Shown here: piece by piece, positions 38,746-47,395 of the stretch | Numbering within the stretch: the stretch's first letter is position 1 | How the letters are laid out: each line of letters opens with the position of its first letter | Origin: Candidatus Bathyarchaeia archaeon | Lineage (GTDB): Archaea; Thermoproteota; Bathyarchaeia; 40CM-2-53-6 | Length of the DNA: 64,000 bases | NCBI GenBank assembly: GCA_050013255.1 | Contig: JBEKFP010000003.1 | Span: forward strand, 96,001-160,000 | Direction of reading: 5' to 3' | Position numbers and translations under genes: made by a program | The notes under the pieces: model-generated | Seen by the model: only the letters and a program-made list of their open reading frames with translations | Told to the model about the DNA's origin: nothing | Databases searched by the model: none

Positions 38746-39576
38746 TTGGAATCCACGCCAGAATTGGTTCGCAAGTTTGCACCTGAGATATCGTTCAGCA
38801 AGAACGAACCATATTTCCCTTGTCCGATTTTCTTCAGTGGTGCTGACATAGTTAGTAACAGGGAGAAGTACGAACCGCTTACGCCAGACCAGAAAAGGAA
38901 TTTGATCTCTTGCTATTATCACGTTTCTCGTTATGAATCTCATACTGCATACGAGTACTGGTACTACTATGTTTACAACGATTATTCTGGAGGATGGGAC
39001 TTGGGTGCTCCAGACATACACGACCACGATATGGAATTTGCGATAGTGTACGTCGATAATGCATCGGGCACTGTATACGCTCTAGCATTAAACCAGCACC
39101 ATTGGCGAAATTGGGTTTGGATGTCAAATGATTTGAAAGTGTTTGCCGAAGAAGGAGGGCACGGTTTATTCCGAAAAAGGACTCTACTTGACTCTTGGAA
39201 ACCTGGTGGCCTCACAATCAAGGTAGACCCAAAGGAATCGGTTGAATCACTCCGCAACAAATTCATTGATCCCGAACCTGCGAATCTCATGGAAAATGAC
39301 GGGACAATAAAGGGCCAAACAGCGATTTTTCTGGGAGCGTGGGCTAAACCAAAGGTTCCGTGGGTTCGACAAGAGTATGTCTTTCCTATTTCGCAACTTC
39401 TAGCAGACGCTGATAAAGACAAGGCACGCATGCTTTCCGCAGCTCCTCGTGCTATGATGTACCCAAGAGAGATTACGCTTAGTATTCCCTACAACAAACC
39501 TACACGAAAAGAGAACTTGGATGAAGCACTTCGGCTCCAACTGATTTCGGATCATCAATACAAAGCCATGCTATGA
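38746..39576 (+). CDS. Vps62/NPP1-like domain protein
   Basis: KFAP...E.YFP, YWYYY..ND, HDHDME, GGHG pattern. Confidence 0.55.
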   Translation: MESTPELVRKFAPEISFSKNEPYFPCPIFFSGADIVSNREKYEPLTPDQKRNLISCYYHVSRYESHTAYEYWYYYVYNDYSGGWDLGAPDIHDHDMEFAIVYVDNASGTVYALALNQHHWRNWVWMSNDLKVFAEEGGHGLFRKRTLLDSWKPGGLTIKVDPKESVESLRNKFIDPEPANLMENDGTIKGQTAIFLGAWAKPKVPWVRQEYVFPISQLLADADKDKARMLSAAPRAMMYPREITLSIPYNKPTRKENLDEALRLQLISDHQYKAML

Positions 39577-40398
39577 CAGCTTACACTTGGGACAAAGCCA
39601 TGTCACACCTTGGGGTCTCTCAGGGTGATTCTTATTGTCGAGTTTGCCTTCCGGCCCCCGGAAGTCATGGTATAATTCACATTCCTTTCTGAAAGCATCC
39701 TCAGGAGACTTTGAGTATTCGAACTTAAACCGATCATATCTGCCTATGTACTCCTTCAAGCGAGCCTTCACATCGACATCAGTGCGACTCATAAATTGAA
39801 CATAGAAAGTCTTGCCCTTCTTGAGCCCGAGAACATATACTCCAGCCGAAACATTAGAAACTTCCTTGTCAATCGTGCCTTCATCAAGCGGAAACGAACC
39901 CCTCAAACCAGTACTCCGGCGTCGCTCCTCAGTTAAGAAAGACAGGTCGTCTTGACTTTCTCGTGAATCCCTTCTTACGAGAGCTAGGATCCCGGCAACT
40001 AGCAGCAAGAGACCCCCAACATAGAAACCTGAAGCAACTATGACGCCGATGATTCCGCATATCACTAGACAGATGCCCCAGTTTCTGGGCTTGCTCTTAA
40101 CAAGGACTGCTGCAACAAGTCCAATGATAGAAATCAGAGCGGAAACTGCGGCCTGCGCATAGAGAGTCGTTGGGTTTCCGGAGAAAGCCTCCATGAAACC
40201 TCCGAGGAAGACCAATACAGGTACGAATAGAAGCCCCAGCACTCCACCAATCAAACCGAGAATAAGTTCAGGCATCCGACTAATGGGGGGTTTAGATGCA
40301 GCTTGTGATGACTTCGCATTCCACATGTCTGCTCCACATTTCGGACAGAATCTCATCCCAACTGCAGTTGATTCGCCACAATTCGGACAAAAGGGCAT
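39571..40398 (-). CDS. Zinc-ribbon + multi-TM + GIY-YIG-like C-terminal domain fusion
   Basis: CPNCG..FCPKCG; TM bundle; GVYVLG...RL...ECELYH...NHP...CPKC. Confidence 0.6.
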   Translation of the reverse strand: MPFCPNCGESTAVGMRFCPKCGADMWNAKSSQAASKPPISRMPELILGLIGGVLGLLFVPVLVFLGGFMEAFSGNPTTLYAQAAVSALISIIGLVAAVLVKSKPRNWGICLVICGIIGVIVASGFYVGGLLLLVAGILALVRRDSRESQDDLSFLTEERRRSTGLRGSFPLDEGTIDKEVSNVSAGVYVLGLKKGKTFYVQFMSRTDVDVKARLKEYIGRYDRFKFEYSKSPEDAFRKECELYHDFRGPEGKLDNKNHPERPQGVTWLCPKCKLS

Positions 40399-40520
40399 TG
40401 GCTGAACCTCGCATCTAACCCTCTAAGCCTTCGTATTTCAAACTATGCAAGACGGCCATTTCCTTACCGCATGCGAAATCTTAAGATGCGGATTGATAGA
40501 CACGCAATACTCGGTAAGAC

Positions 40521-41216
40521 TTGCCTTTCTGTATGAAATGTGGAAGCGAGTTTGCTGCTGGCGTGAAATTCTGTCCATCTTGTGGCACGCCAGTGACCTC
40601 ATCAGATGCTTCAAGTCATCAAGAACGTTACGGCACTAGAAACGTCCAACAGAGCGCCAGTCCAATTTCTGTGCCGTCAAAACCAAGGAACCTGTCAGCA
40701 AAACTGCTGGCCTTGTTATTCATTGTGTTCATCTTGGGTGTAGGACTGGGGGCTGGTTCGACTCACAGCGGAACGACAACTGTAACGGAGACGACTCAGA
40801 CCACGTATACGTTGCCAATCATAGTCACGGCAGAAACTAATGTTACAGAATACAAAACTGCAATGTCAGCCATATTCTCCGAATTTCACAACATAACGAC
40901 TCAGACCGCAGATAACTTTCATGCGTTCAGTATCGGGCAGATGTCTCGAACTGAATTAATCTCATTCGTGAGCCAGCAGAAGGACAACCTCAAAGTTCTG
41001 ACGGAACGCACCCTCAGATTACACCCTCCCCCAGCCTTCGCCGAAGCCCATGTCCATGTCGTCAACGCCTTGAGCCTTTGCTACTCAGCGTTTACGCTTT
41101 ATGAAGATGGCCTTATCCAGAACAACCCATCGTTGATCACAGAAGGCAACGACTTCGTTAACGAAGCGACAAACGAACTGCAAACCGCTACGTCAATCCT
41201 CAATTCCAACACCTAG
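40521..41216 (+). CDS. Zinc-ribbon, single-TM protein with helical external domain
   Basis: CMKCG..FCPSCG, TM, Thr-rich linker. Confidence 0.75.
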   Translation: MPFCMKCGSEFAAGVKFCPSCGTPVTSSDASSHQERYGTRNVQQSASPISVPSKPRNLSAKLLALLFIVFILGVGLGAGSTHSGTTTVTETTQTTYTLPIIVTAETNVTEYKTAMSAIFSEFHNITTQTADNFHAFSIGQMSRTELISFVSQQKDNLKVLTERTLRLHPPPAFAEAHVHVVNALSLCYSAFTLYEDGLIQNNPSLITEGNDFVNEATNELQTATSILNSNT

Positions 41217-41308
41217 TCGCTTTTTCCTAATGTCTCAAGTTTCATTTTCTAGCGAAAGTCGAGCCATCAATAACGAGTGTGCGTAGGCGTTCGGGCTCTG
41301 ACATTGGT

Positions 41309-41352
41309 TATTAGTCCCACGATTTGTGGGTTCAAATCCCACCGGCCTCACC
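41309..41352 (+). repeat. att-like repeat, type A
   Basis: tattagtCCCACgatttGTGGGttcaaatCCCACcggcctcacc. Confidence 0.9.
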
Positions 41353-41441
41353 GCTTTCGTGGGTATAATCAGCAACGCCATAGATGGAAGTGGTTCATAC
41401 GGCGTGAGAAGTATGAACCGATTGCCAAATGTCGGAGCTAT

Positions 41442-41720
41442 TTACATAGAGCCAACGAATTTCTTCGCAGCCTCAAGAATTGCCTGTTCCTGTTGTTTGA
41501 CCATGTCTTCCAACTCTTTTGCCTTTGCCGGGTCAAATTTCGGCAATGCTTTGGTTATCTTAGCGGCAACTTGTCCAAGCGATTGTACATTTGCGTGAAA
41601 TTCTCTCTTCGTGTTCGATGTAGTAAGTTTCCGAAGCGCCTCTTGGAATTCCCGCTTGAATGCCTCGAAGTCTCCAATTGCCCCAGTTTGTGCCAAGCTC
41701 CACTCCTCAGCGAACCTCAC
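41442..41720 (-). CDS. Small helical hypothetical protein
   Basis: 92-aa ORF with amphipathic helical composition. Confidence 0.5.
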   Translation of the reverse strand: MRFAEEWSLAQTGAIGDFEAFKREFQEALRKLTTSNTKREFHANVQSLGQVAAKITKALPKFDPAKAKELEDMVKQQEQAILEAAKKFVGSM

Positions 41721-41800
41721 TCATTCGTGAATTATAAGAAGTTGGTTCGTCTCTTTATTTTATATCACTTTGCCTCCGCTTAACTCTGCGCCTTATCTCA

Positions 41801-42247
41801 TTGTTTAGTTTACAGCAAGCAATCATGAAAGAATTGAACTGCCCAATGTGTCTAAGCCCGTTATCGTTAGCGAGCTTAGAGCAAATTTGGCGAGGCCCAG
41901 ATTTCGAACATCGGTTAACGTACTACTGTCATCTGAACCTACTACTGCAATCTGAACCTCTAGGTCAGCATGCGGAGAGGTTTAAGATATTTGATATTGA
42001 GTGCAAAATTCAGCGAGACAATTGCGCGAGGGACTTACTTGACACTCGAACCCTCAATATTGAGGGTTCGTATCCCTCCGGCCCCTTCACGTTTCGAAGC
42101 TTTAGGACTGCGGCTGACAATGTCGTCAGCCTAGTGGAACCCGCATGGAACCCACGATATTGGTGGGTTCGTATCCCACCGGCCCCACCACTTTCCTCTT
42201 TTCGAAAACCGTCAGAGTCCAGAACGCGAGGAGGATTAAATAGTTAA
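41801..42247 (+). CDS. ORF reading through two att repeats; candidate int(N) fragment
   Basis: GSYPSGPFTFRSFRTAADNVVSLVEPAWNPRYWWVRIPPAPP matches the integrase N-terminus. Confidence 0.45.
   Translation: MFSLQQAIMKELNCPMCLSPLSLASLEQIWRGPDFEHRLTYYCHLNLLLQSEPLGQHAERFKIFDIECKIQRDNCARDLLDTRTLNIEGSYPSGPFTFRSFRTAADNVVSLVEPAWNPRYWWVRIPPAPPLSSFRKPSESRTRGGLNS
42047..42085 (+). repeat. att-like repeat, type C, with perfect 24-bp palindrome
   Basis: CGAACCCTCAATATTGAGGGTTCG tatccctccggcccc. Confidence 0.88.
42134..42190 (+). repeat. att-like repeat, type B (last copy seen)
   Basis: gtggaacccgcatgGAACCCACgatattgGTGGGTTCgtatcccaccggccccacca. Confidence 0.92.
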
Positions 42248-42266
42248 ATATTTATTGAAAAAAAAT

Positions 42267-42533
42267 CTACTTTGTCCTGTACACCCTGTCATGGTGTTCA
42301 TAATCTTCGAGAATGACGGTCTTTCGTTGTTCGTCGATTGAAAAGAGGAGGACAAAGCTGCCGAAGTGGGCCCTCCTCATTCCGCCGAGTGGAAAGCGCA
42401 TTGGCTTGAATCTATGCGGGTCTTCGAGTATCTCCTCTATCTTCTTGGCTATGACTTCCATTTGATTACGATTCCTTTTGGCGAGCTTCTTGAAAATTCT
42501 GTCGACGTGCTCTCTTGCCTCTAAGGCGTACAT
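42267..42533 (-). CDS. RelE/ParE-superfamily toxin
   Basis: FKKL..., P..FKP...L.G.RR.H...FVLLF.ID...V....HHD. Confidence 0.85.
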   Translation of the reverse strand: MYALEAREHVDRIFKKLAKRNRNQMEVIAKKIEEILEDPHRFKPMRFPLGGMRRAHFGSFVLLFSIDEQRKTVILEDYEHHDRVYRTK

Positions 42534-42776
42534 TCATTTCAAGCCGTATTTTCTCTTGAAGTCGCCGGCGTTGCCGATCCTGATAATTGGTTCTTTGTGT
42601 ATCTTGTCGAGTTTCTTCAGGTATTCGGGCCTTACCTCAGACTCTAGGACGAGCACCTTGTACTGCTTGGCCATTTCGTTTATCGCCTGTGATTTGTCCT
42701 TCAAGCCGTACTGGGCCTTGAGGACGTTGATGACCCTGTTAGCTTCTTCGTCTATCTCAACGATTGCTTTGACCAT
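42534..42776 (-). CDS. Antitoxin (DUF2683-like)
   Basis: Directly upstream of the toxin; NRVINVLKAQYGLKDKSQAI, RPEY. Confidence 0.75.
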   Translation of the reverse strand: MVKAIVEIDEEANRVINVLKAQYGLKDKSQAINEMAKQYKVLVLESEVRPEYLKKLDKIHKEPIIRIGNAGDFKRKYGLK

Positions 42777-42899
42777 ATTAATGTCATATTAATACGGCAA
42801 TATAAGGCTGATTTCGGTGCGGTTGCCGAGATCTCGACGCTGAGGTTGTTGTAGACTTAGTTTTCTAGCAACCAGGGGAGCTAGCTGCTCCATCCCAGA

Positions 42900-43178
42900 A
42901 AGGCATACAAGAAATTCACAGCCCTTGCTCGCGTAAAAGAAGGCGACGTGTATCAGGGGGACATGGGTGGTGGTTTCATGCCTTATCGGAGAGATGTGGA
43001 ATTTCTTCCCTGCGAAGAGGCGGACATTCTACCTTTGATTCCGCAACTAACCTTCATTCATAATAAGTGAAGCTGGGGTTTTGTATTTCGATTCGGATTT
43101 TTCGAAATAGCCGAGGACGATTTCGAACGAATCACCAAATATGTGAAAAAGAAACTGAATGATCTTGGGCAAGGGTGA
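42900..43178 (+). pseudogene. EVE-domain protein remnant
   Basis: KFTALARV...YQ.DM...FMPYRRDV...LIPQLTFI..K*SWGFVFRFGFFEI..DDF; internal TGA, no start. Confidence 0.72.
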
Positions 43179-43365
43179 TGTGAGCCCGCGAAAAGCCTTC
43201 AAAGTTAGTCGTTTCGGTACGTGCCCCACTGTATTGATGCGATACCGCCCACTGGCCCCACTATGAATTCCGGTACGTAACTTGCTTTGTGCTGAGTAGG
43301 CTGGAGGTTTGAGGCTTGCCTGTATGCTTCCCTGAGTTCGATTTCCTATGAAGTACGGGGGCTGG

Positions 43366-43698
43366 TTACTCGGCACTTGTCAGGTTTCCATCTTTGATGC
43401 CGTATTTCTGCTTGAAGTTGTGTATTGCTAGGCGGATTAGGTCGGTTCTGTGTACCCCGTAGGTCTTTGCGCACTCGTTCAACCTGCCTAGCTTATCAGG
43501 CCTCATGGCGAGGTTGATTTTTCGTTTCTTGCACATCTGAAAATCCCGTTCCTTAGGTGAGTGAAGGAATTCCTCTATTGCAATGTTCACGAGGCTGCTA
43601 CGGGGCAACCCGCCATACACCCTAACGAGGCTGTCTAATTCCTCCAACTCATACTCACAGAAACGCAAAATAACGCTCACACGACGCCGCCCACCCAT
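43366..43698 (-). CDS. Tandem ribbon-helix-helix protein (start ATG 43698)
   Basis: Two RHH units: VSVILRF...RSSLVNIAI and KINLAM...RTDLIRLAI. Confidence 0.7.
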   Translation of the reverse strand: MGGRRRVSVILRFCEYELEELDSLVRVYGGLPRSSLVNIAIEEFLHSPKERDFQMCKKRKINLAMRPDKLGRLNECAKTYGVHRTDLIRLAIHNFKQKYGIKDGNLTSAE

Positions 43699-43987
43699 AC
43701 CAAGCCCAGCCTTCGAAGCTACGCTTCGCCAAGTGCATGAAAACCCAAGAGGCCCCGCTGACCCAGCAGGGTGGGCGGTGAAAAAGGCTCCAAGGCAGCG
43801 GGAAACACAGAAAACCCAGCTCCTCCCATAAACCGTGAGCACAAAACTACCGACCCCCCCACCAACCCCCACCCAAGCAGGCGCGCAAAAATGCGTCAAT
43901 TTGGTGGGCCGAAGCGACTCATTTTAGAACATGGGTATTACGTGAGTCGTGGTGATGGCCTACTGCCTAGGAGCTTGAACGCTGAAA

Positions 43988-44860
43988 TTACACGATTTTC
44001 GCCATGAGGCTACCCTTCCTCGACGTTCCCCATTTTGGTAGGCCTCTTCCTTGCAAGACGAATATTGTGCCCTTACGTGTTCTAGGCGGGATACGAAGAA
44101 GAGCAGTTGAACCATCTAGGGTGGGGATGCTGATTTCTCCTCCACGTCTCAATTTGGTAATCGAAACGGGTACCTCGCAGTAAATGTCATCAACAATCCT
44201 GCGGAAGAGTTGATGGGGTCTCATCACAATCTCCACGAAAACATCCTCCCCAAAGTTTTCTCCCGCTAATCTGATCTGCATACCTTCCTCAACACCCGCA
44301 GGAATTGTGAACGAAAGGGATTCAACCTTCTCTGTAACTCCTTTGCCCTTGCAATGTTTGCATGGAGCCTTGAATTTGATTCCATGACAAAATTGGCAAA
44401 CGCTTCTCCGGGTCGCAAAGATGGACTTTCTTGCTCCTGTTGCAACTTCTCTAAGTGAAACTTCCAAAGTAAACTTGAGGTTTCCCTTCGGCCCTTCTTC
44501 TACTGTGAGTATTCTTCTACCGTCACGGAGGTCGAGAACTGGTTCTTCGCGAAATGCTTCCTCGCGAAATGGTTCTTCGCGAACTGGTTCTTCACGGTGT
44601 GCGATGGAAACAGGGATCTGGTCCCATGCTTCTTCGTCAGTATCTAACTCTCGGTTCTGCAGAGCCGCACATGCTTCCGCATAGGCCTGTGATATTTCCT
44701 TGAACTTTTCATGTGCTGCAGGATTCTTATTTCTGTCGGGGTGGTATCGGAGGGCAAGTCGCCTGTAGACTGCTTTCACTTGTTCTTTTGTGGCGTCTTC
44801 CGGAACCCCCAAGACCTCATAATATTCTCTCTTGGCTCCGGTCCCGGTCACACTTTCCAC
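43988..44860 (-). CDS. DnaJ-family protein (J domain, shortened Zn finger, DnaJ C-terminal domain)
   Basis: [50 protein letters not shown]. Confidence 0.88.
   Translation of the reverse strand: MESVTGTGAKREYYEVLGVPEDATKEQVKAVYRRLALRYHPDRNKNPAAHEKFKEISQAYAEACAALQNRELDTDEEAWDQIPVSIAHREEPVREEPFREEAFREEPVLDLRDGRRILTVEEGPKGNLKFTLEVSLREVATGARKSIFATRRSVCQFCHGIKFKAPCKHCKGKGVTEKVESLSFTIPAGVEEGMQIRLAGENFGEDVFVEIVMRPHQLFRRIVDDIYCEVPVSITKLRRGGEISIPTLDGSTALLRIPPRTRKGTIFVLQGRGLPKWGTSRKGSLMAKIV
44536..44595. repeat. 4 x 15-bp tandem repeat encoding [20 protein letters not shown]
   Basis: gaactggttcttcgc gaaatgcttcctcgc gaaatggttcttcgc gaactggttcttcac. Confidence 0.9.
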
Positions 44861-45084
44861 GTGCCGTTCCTTTTTGAATCGTGAGTTATCAGTAGCCCAT
44901 CGGGCACTATTCGTATGTAGATTTGTTCGCTAAAGTTAAGTGGAAACTCGGCGTCTTCAAGCAAAATCTTCGGGATGGTCAGTCGAACAATTTTCCCCGT
45001 CTTGGTTTTCGACTTACTTATCCTAATTGGTGCCACATGGGCCATGATAAATTCCTTCGCCTTATGGGGGTAGGCTCGGGACAT
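44848..45084 (-). CDS. AbrB/MazE-like small protein
   Basis: RLTIPK...F....IYIRI...GLLI. Confidence 0.55.
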   Translation of the reverse strand: MSRAYPHKAKEFIMAHVAPIRISKSKTKTGKIVRLTIPKILLEDAEFPLNFSEQIYIRIVPDGLLITHDSKRNGTWKV

Positions 45085-46696
45085 CGGAAGGCCTCTCAGG
45101 TATACGTCGCACTTCTCTGCCCCTCGGCAAGCCTATGAAAGCGATGAGGCTCACTACGGCAATTATGACGACAACAACCAACACAATCGGCCATATTTGT
45201 CCAACGCCTGCCCGTACCAGAACAGTCAGCACAGTGGTCTTGGATGCTGTGACCCCTGTATTGCTCACTATGGATACGCTATAAGTACCCGGCTGAATAT
45301 TAGAGCCTGCAACGATCGTTAGAGTTACCGTGATAGGCCCCGATTGCTGTATTTGGAGACTTTGAGGGCTGAATGTTGCTGAGAAGCCGACTGGTAGATT
45401 CAATGCAGTTAGGTTGATGTTTGATCTGAAACCATTTTGCGGTGTGATAGTCAAGGTTACAGTTTTTGATTGACCGGAGCCTGTGAAACTCAGGAGTGTT
45501 TGATCGGCCTGTACACTGTAGTCTCCTGTAGGTAGTAATGTGAATATCACGGTGACTGTGTTAGTTATCCCAGCTGCCGTAGCGGAAATCGTCACAGTTG
45601 TTGTGACCGGAAATGTTGAAGGTGGGGCTTGAACCACCAGGTTTGTGGTTATTGGTTGGAGGCCGTTGGGTGTGAGTGGGTTCGTCTGAAATGTCGCAAG
45701 TATGCCAGCAGGTAGGCCTTGAACTGACAATACGATAGGGTCCGTAAGGCCTGACGTAATCGGCGTAACGACTATTCCCAATTGTTGAGAGGGACCGCCC
45801 ACTAAGACATCCATTATCGTAGGGCTAGCTTCGATGTTGAAGGCAGGTGGGATGATTATCGTTAGCGTTGTTACCTTGCTTATGAAGTAATTCTGGTAAG
45901 AGGAATAGCTGCTAAGCAGAGGGCTCTGCATCAAGGCGTTAATTCCAATCGCGAAAATGTAGGTTCCACCCGTTTGAAGGAATGACGGCGTCATCAGAAC
46001 GCTCAGCGTTACGGTCGCCGTTTGACCAGATACTATGTTGACAGTGTTCGGCGTGAAAGTGATCATCAGACCGCTCGGTACGTCATAGGCTTGCAAGGTG
46101 GCTGCGAGTAATGTTTGTCCAGTCATCGTAGTAGCGCCCGAACTCAAACTCAGCTGCAGAGTAGCACTTTGCGATTGCGTTATGCTTGCCGTGGTTTGAA
46201 TAATGTTCGGGGCGAGGCTGAGAGAAACGTCGCTTAATTGAACTGTCGATTGGCTGCCATAGAAAATGTCTACTGCCAGTGGCGCACTATGGACAATTCC
46301 GTTCGCCGTTGCAGTTACAGCGAAATTGGATGTTCCAATCGTATTGGCTGAGAGAGTGACGTATTGGTAACTTATTGTTAATGTAAGCATGGAGTATACC
46401 ACCGCGTTGGGAGCCAATTGCAGTGTGCTGGGTTGAAATGTGGCATAATACTGGGATTGAATGTTTTGAGCGATGCCCGTAACTGCCAACTGAAGTGGGC
46501 CAGAAAACCCATTTACTGAAGTTATCTTGACAACGAAGTGGGCTGTTCCGTCTGTTCCAATTGAAACATGCGATGGGTCTGCAGTAATCTGAAAATCCCC
46601 AGTCTGAGCATTGACACGTAGCGTTGGGATTAGGCTAGTACTGGCGATTATTACGAGCAGAAGGAGCAGTAAGCTGATGCTTTTCATCCTAAACAT
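45062..46696 (-). CDS. Secreted multi-Ig-like surface protein with C-terminal TM
   Basis: Signal peptide; repeated 'NGFSG.I.L...GLP.G..ATF.P' domains. Confidence 0.8.
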   Translation of the reverse strand: MFRMKSISLLLLLLVIIASTSLIPTLRVNAQTGDFQITADPSHVSIGTDGTAHFVVKITSVNGFSGPLQLAVTGIAQNIQSQYYATFQPSTLQLAPNAVVYSMLTLTISYQYVTLSANTIGTSNFAVTATANGIVHSAPLAVDIFYGSQSTVQLSDVSLSLAPNIIQTTASITQSQSATLQLSLSSGATTMTGQTLLAATLQAYDVPSGLMITFTPNTVNIVSGQTATVTLSVLMTPSFLQTGGTYIFAIGINALMQSPLLSSYSSYQNYFISKVTTLTIIIPPAFNIEASPTIMDVLVGGPSQQLGIVVTPITSGLTDPIVLSVQGLPAGILATFQTNPLTPNGLQPITTNLVVQAPPSTFPVTTTVTISATAAGITNTVTVIFTLLPTGDYSVQADQTLLSFTGSGQSKTVTLTITPQNGFRSNINLTALNLPVGFSATFSPQSLQIQQSGPITVTLTIVAGSNIQPGTYSVSIVSNTGVTASKTTVLTVLVRAGVGQIWPIVLVVVVIIAVVSLIAFIGLPRGREVRRIPERPSDVPSLPP

Positions 46697-47324
46697 CTTG
46701 AGGCGCTCCGCATGCAGGGCAATATGAAGTTCCCGGTTTCAATTCGGTTCCACAATCAAGACACCTTGTGACATTGCGCTTAGCAACTACGGGAAGACGT
46801 TTGTGCTCTGTAGGGGCAGGTTGCGGAGAATAAGTCTCAGTGGTGATGTACTCGGAATATCTTCTCACCGTATTCCCTTGTCTTTGGAGATAGGCTAATC
46901 CAATCAATCCAGTGCCGATTCCAAAGATTAGCAACCAGGCTACCATTCCATACAGAATAAATGTAGAGTCTAATGCGGATACATCGTAAGCCGTGTATAC
47001 GCCCAAAACCGAACCGATGGCCGCCCAACCAACTAAGACTGCGGAAATCATCTTGGCTATCCCTATGGCCCATTTCGCACCGCTGACCATTCCGATAGCG
47101 ACAAGGAAGACAATACTTCCCAGAACAAGCAGAGCCAGTCCTTGCGCGATCAGCAACGATTGAACATCGTAGAACGTTTCATAAAACCCTTGATTCACAC
47201 CCAACACGCCTATCATAATACCAGACAGGCCAGCCACCCAATATAGGGCAACAAGAACTCGCATTCCGAAGGGCATGAAAATTTCTATTACGGCCTCTCG
47301 CTTGGCCGGGGCACGTCTACTCAA
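46689..47324 (-). CDS. Four-TM membrane protein with C-terminal zinc ribbon
   Basis: TM segments; CLDCG...CPACG. Confidence 0.75.
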   Translation of the reverse strand: MSRRAPAKREAVIEIFMPFGMRVLVALYWVAGLSGIMIGVLGVNQGFYETFYDVQSLLIAQGLALLVLGSIVFLVAIGMVSGAKWAIGIAKMISAVLVGWAAIGSVLGVYTAYDVSALDSTFILYGMVAWLLIFGIGTGLIGLAYLQRQGNTVRRYSEYITTETYSPQPAPTEHKRLPVVAKRNVTRCLDCGTELKPGTSYCPACGAPQDV

Positions 47325-47395
47325 TCAAACCACCCACTTGGCAATCATTGGCACTGGCTTCCAATGAATTTAAGCTTGCGGTCATTAAACGCGGC

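Larger units (their letters stand above)
26445..42190 (+). mobile_element. tRNA-Pro-anchored integrative region / cassette array
   Basis: About 10 co-oriented tRNA 3'-end repeats, one intact tyrosine recombinase, several integrase remnants and accessory cargo. Confidence 0.8.

Noticed and set aside
26445-42190. CRISPR array
   Set aside because: Repeats are about 0.05-3 kb apart, separated by whole genes and tRNA-derived; no cas genes
29401-42190. Split-tRNA 3' halves or additional tRNA genes
   Set aside because: No D or anticodon arms; several copies have broken T-stems or acceptor strands; left arms pair with the T-stem itself
26473-42190. Provirus or conjugative plasmid
   Set aside because: No recognisable capsid, packaging ATPase, primase/Rep, MCM or VirB4 genes
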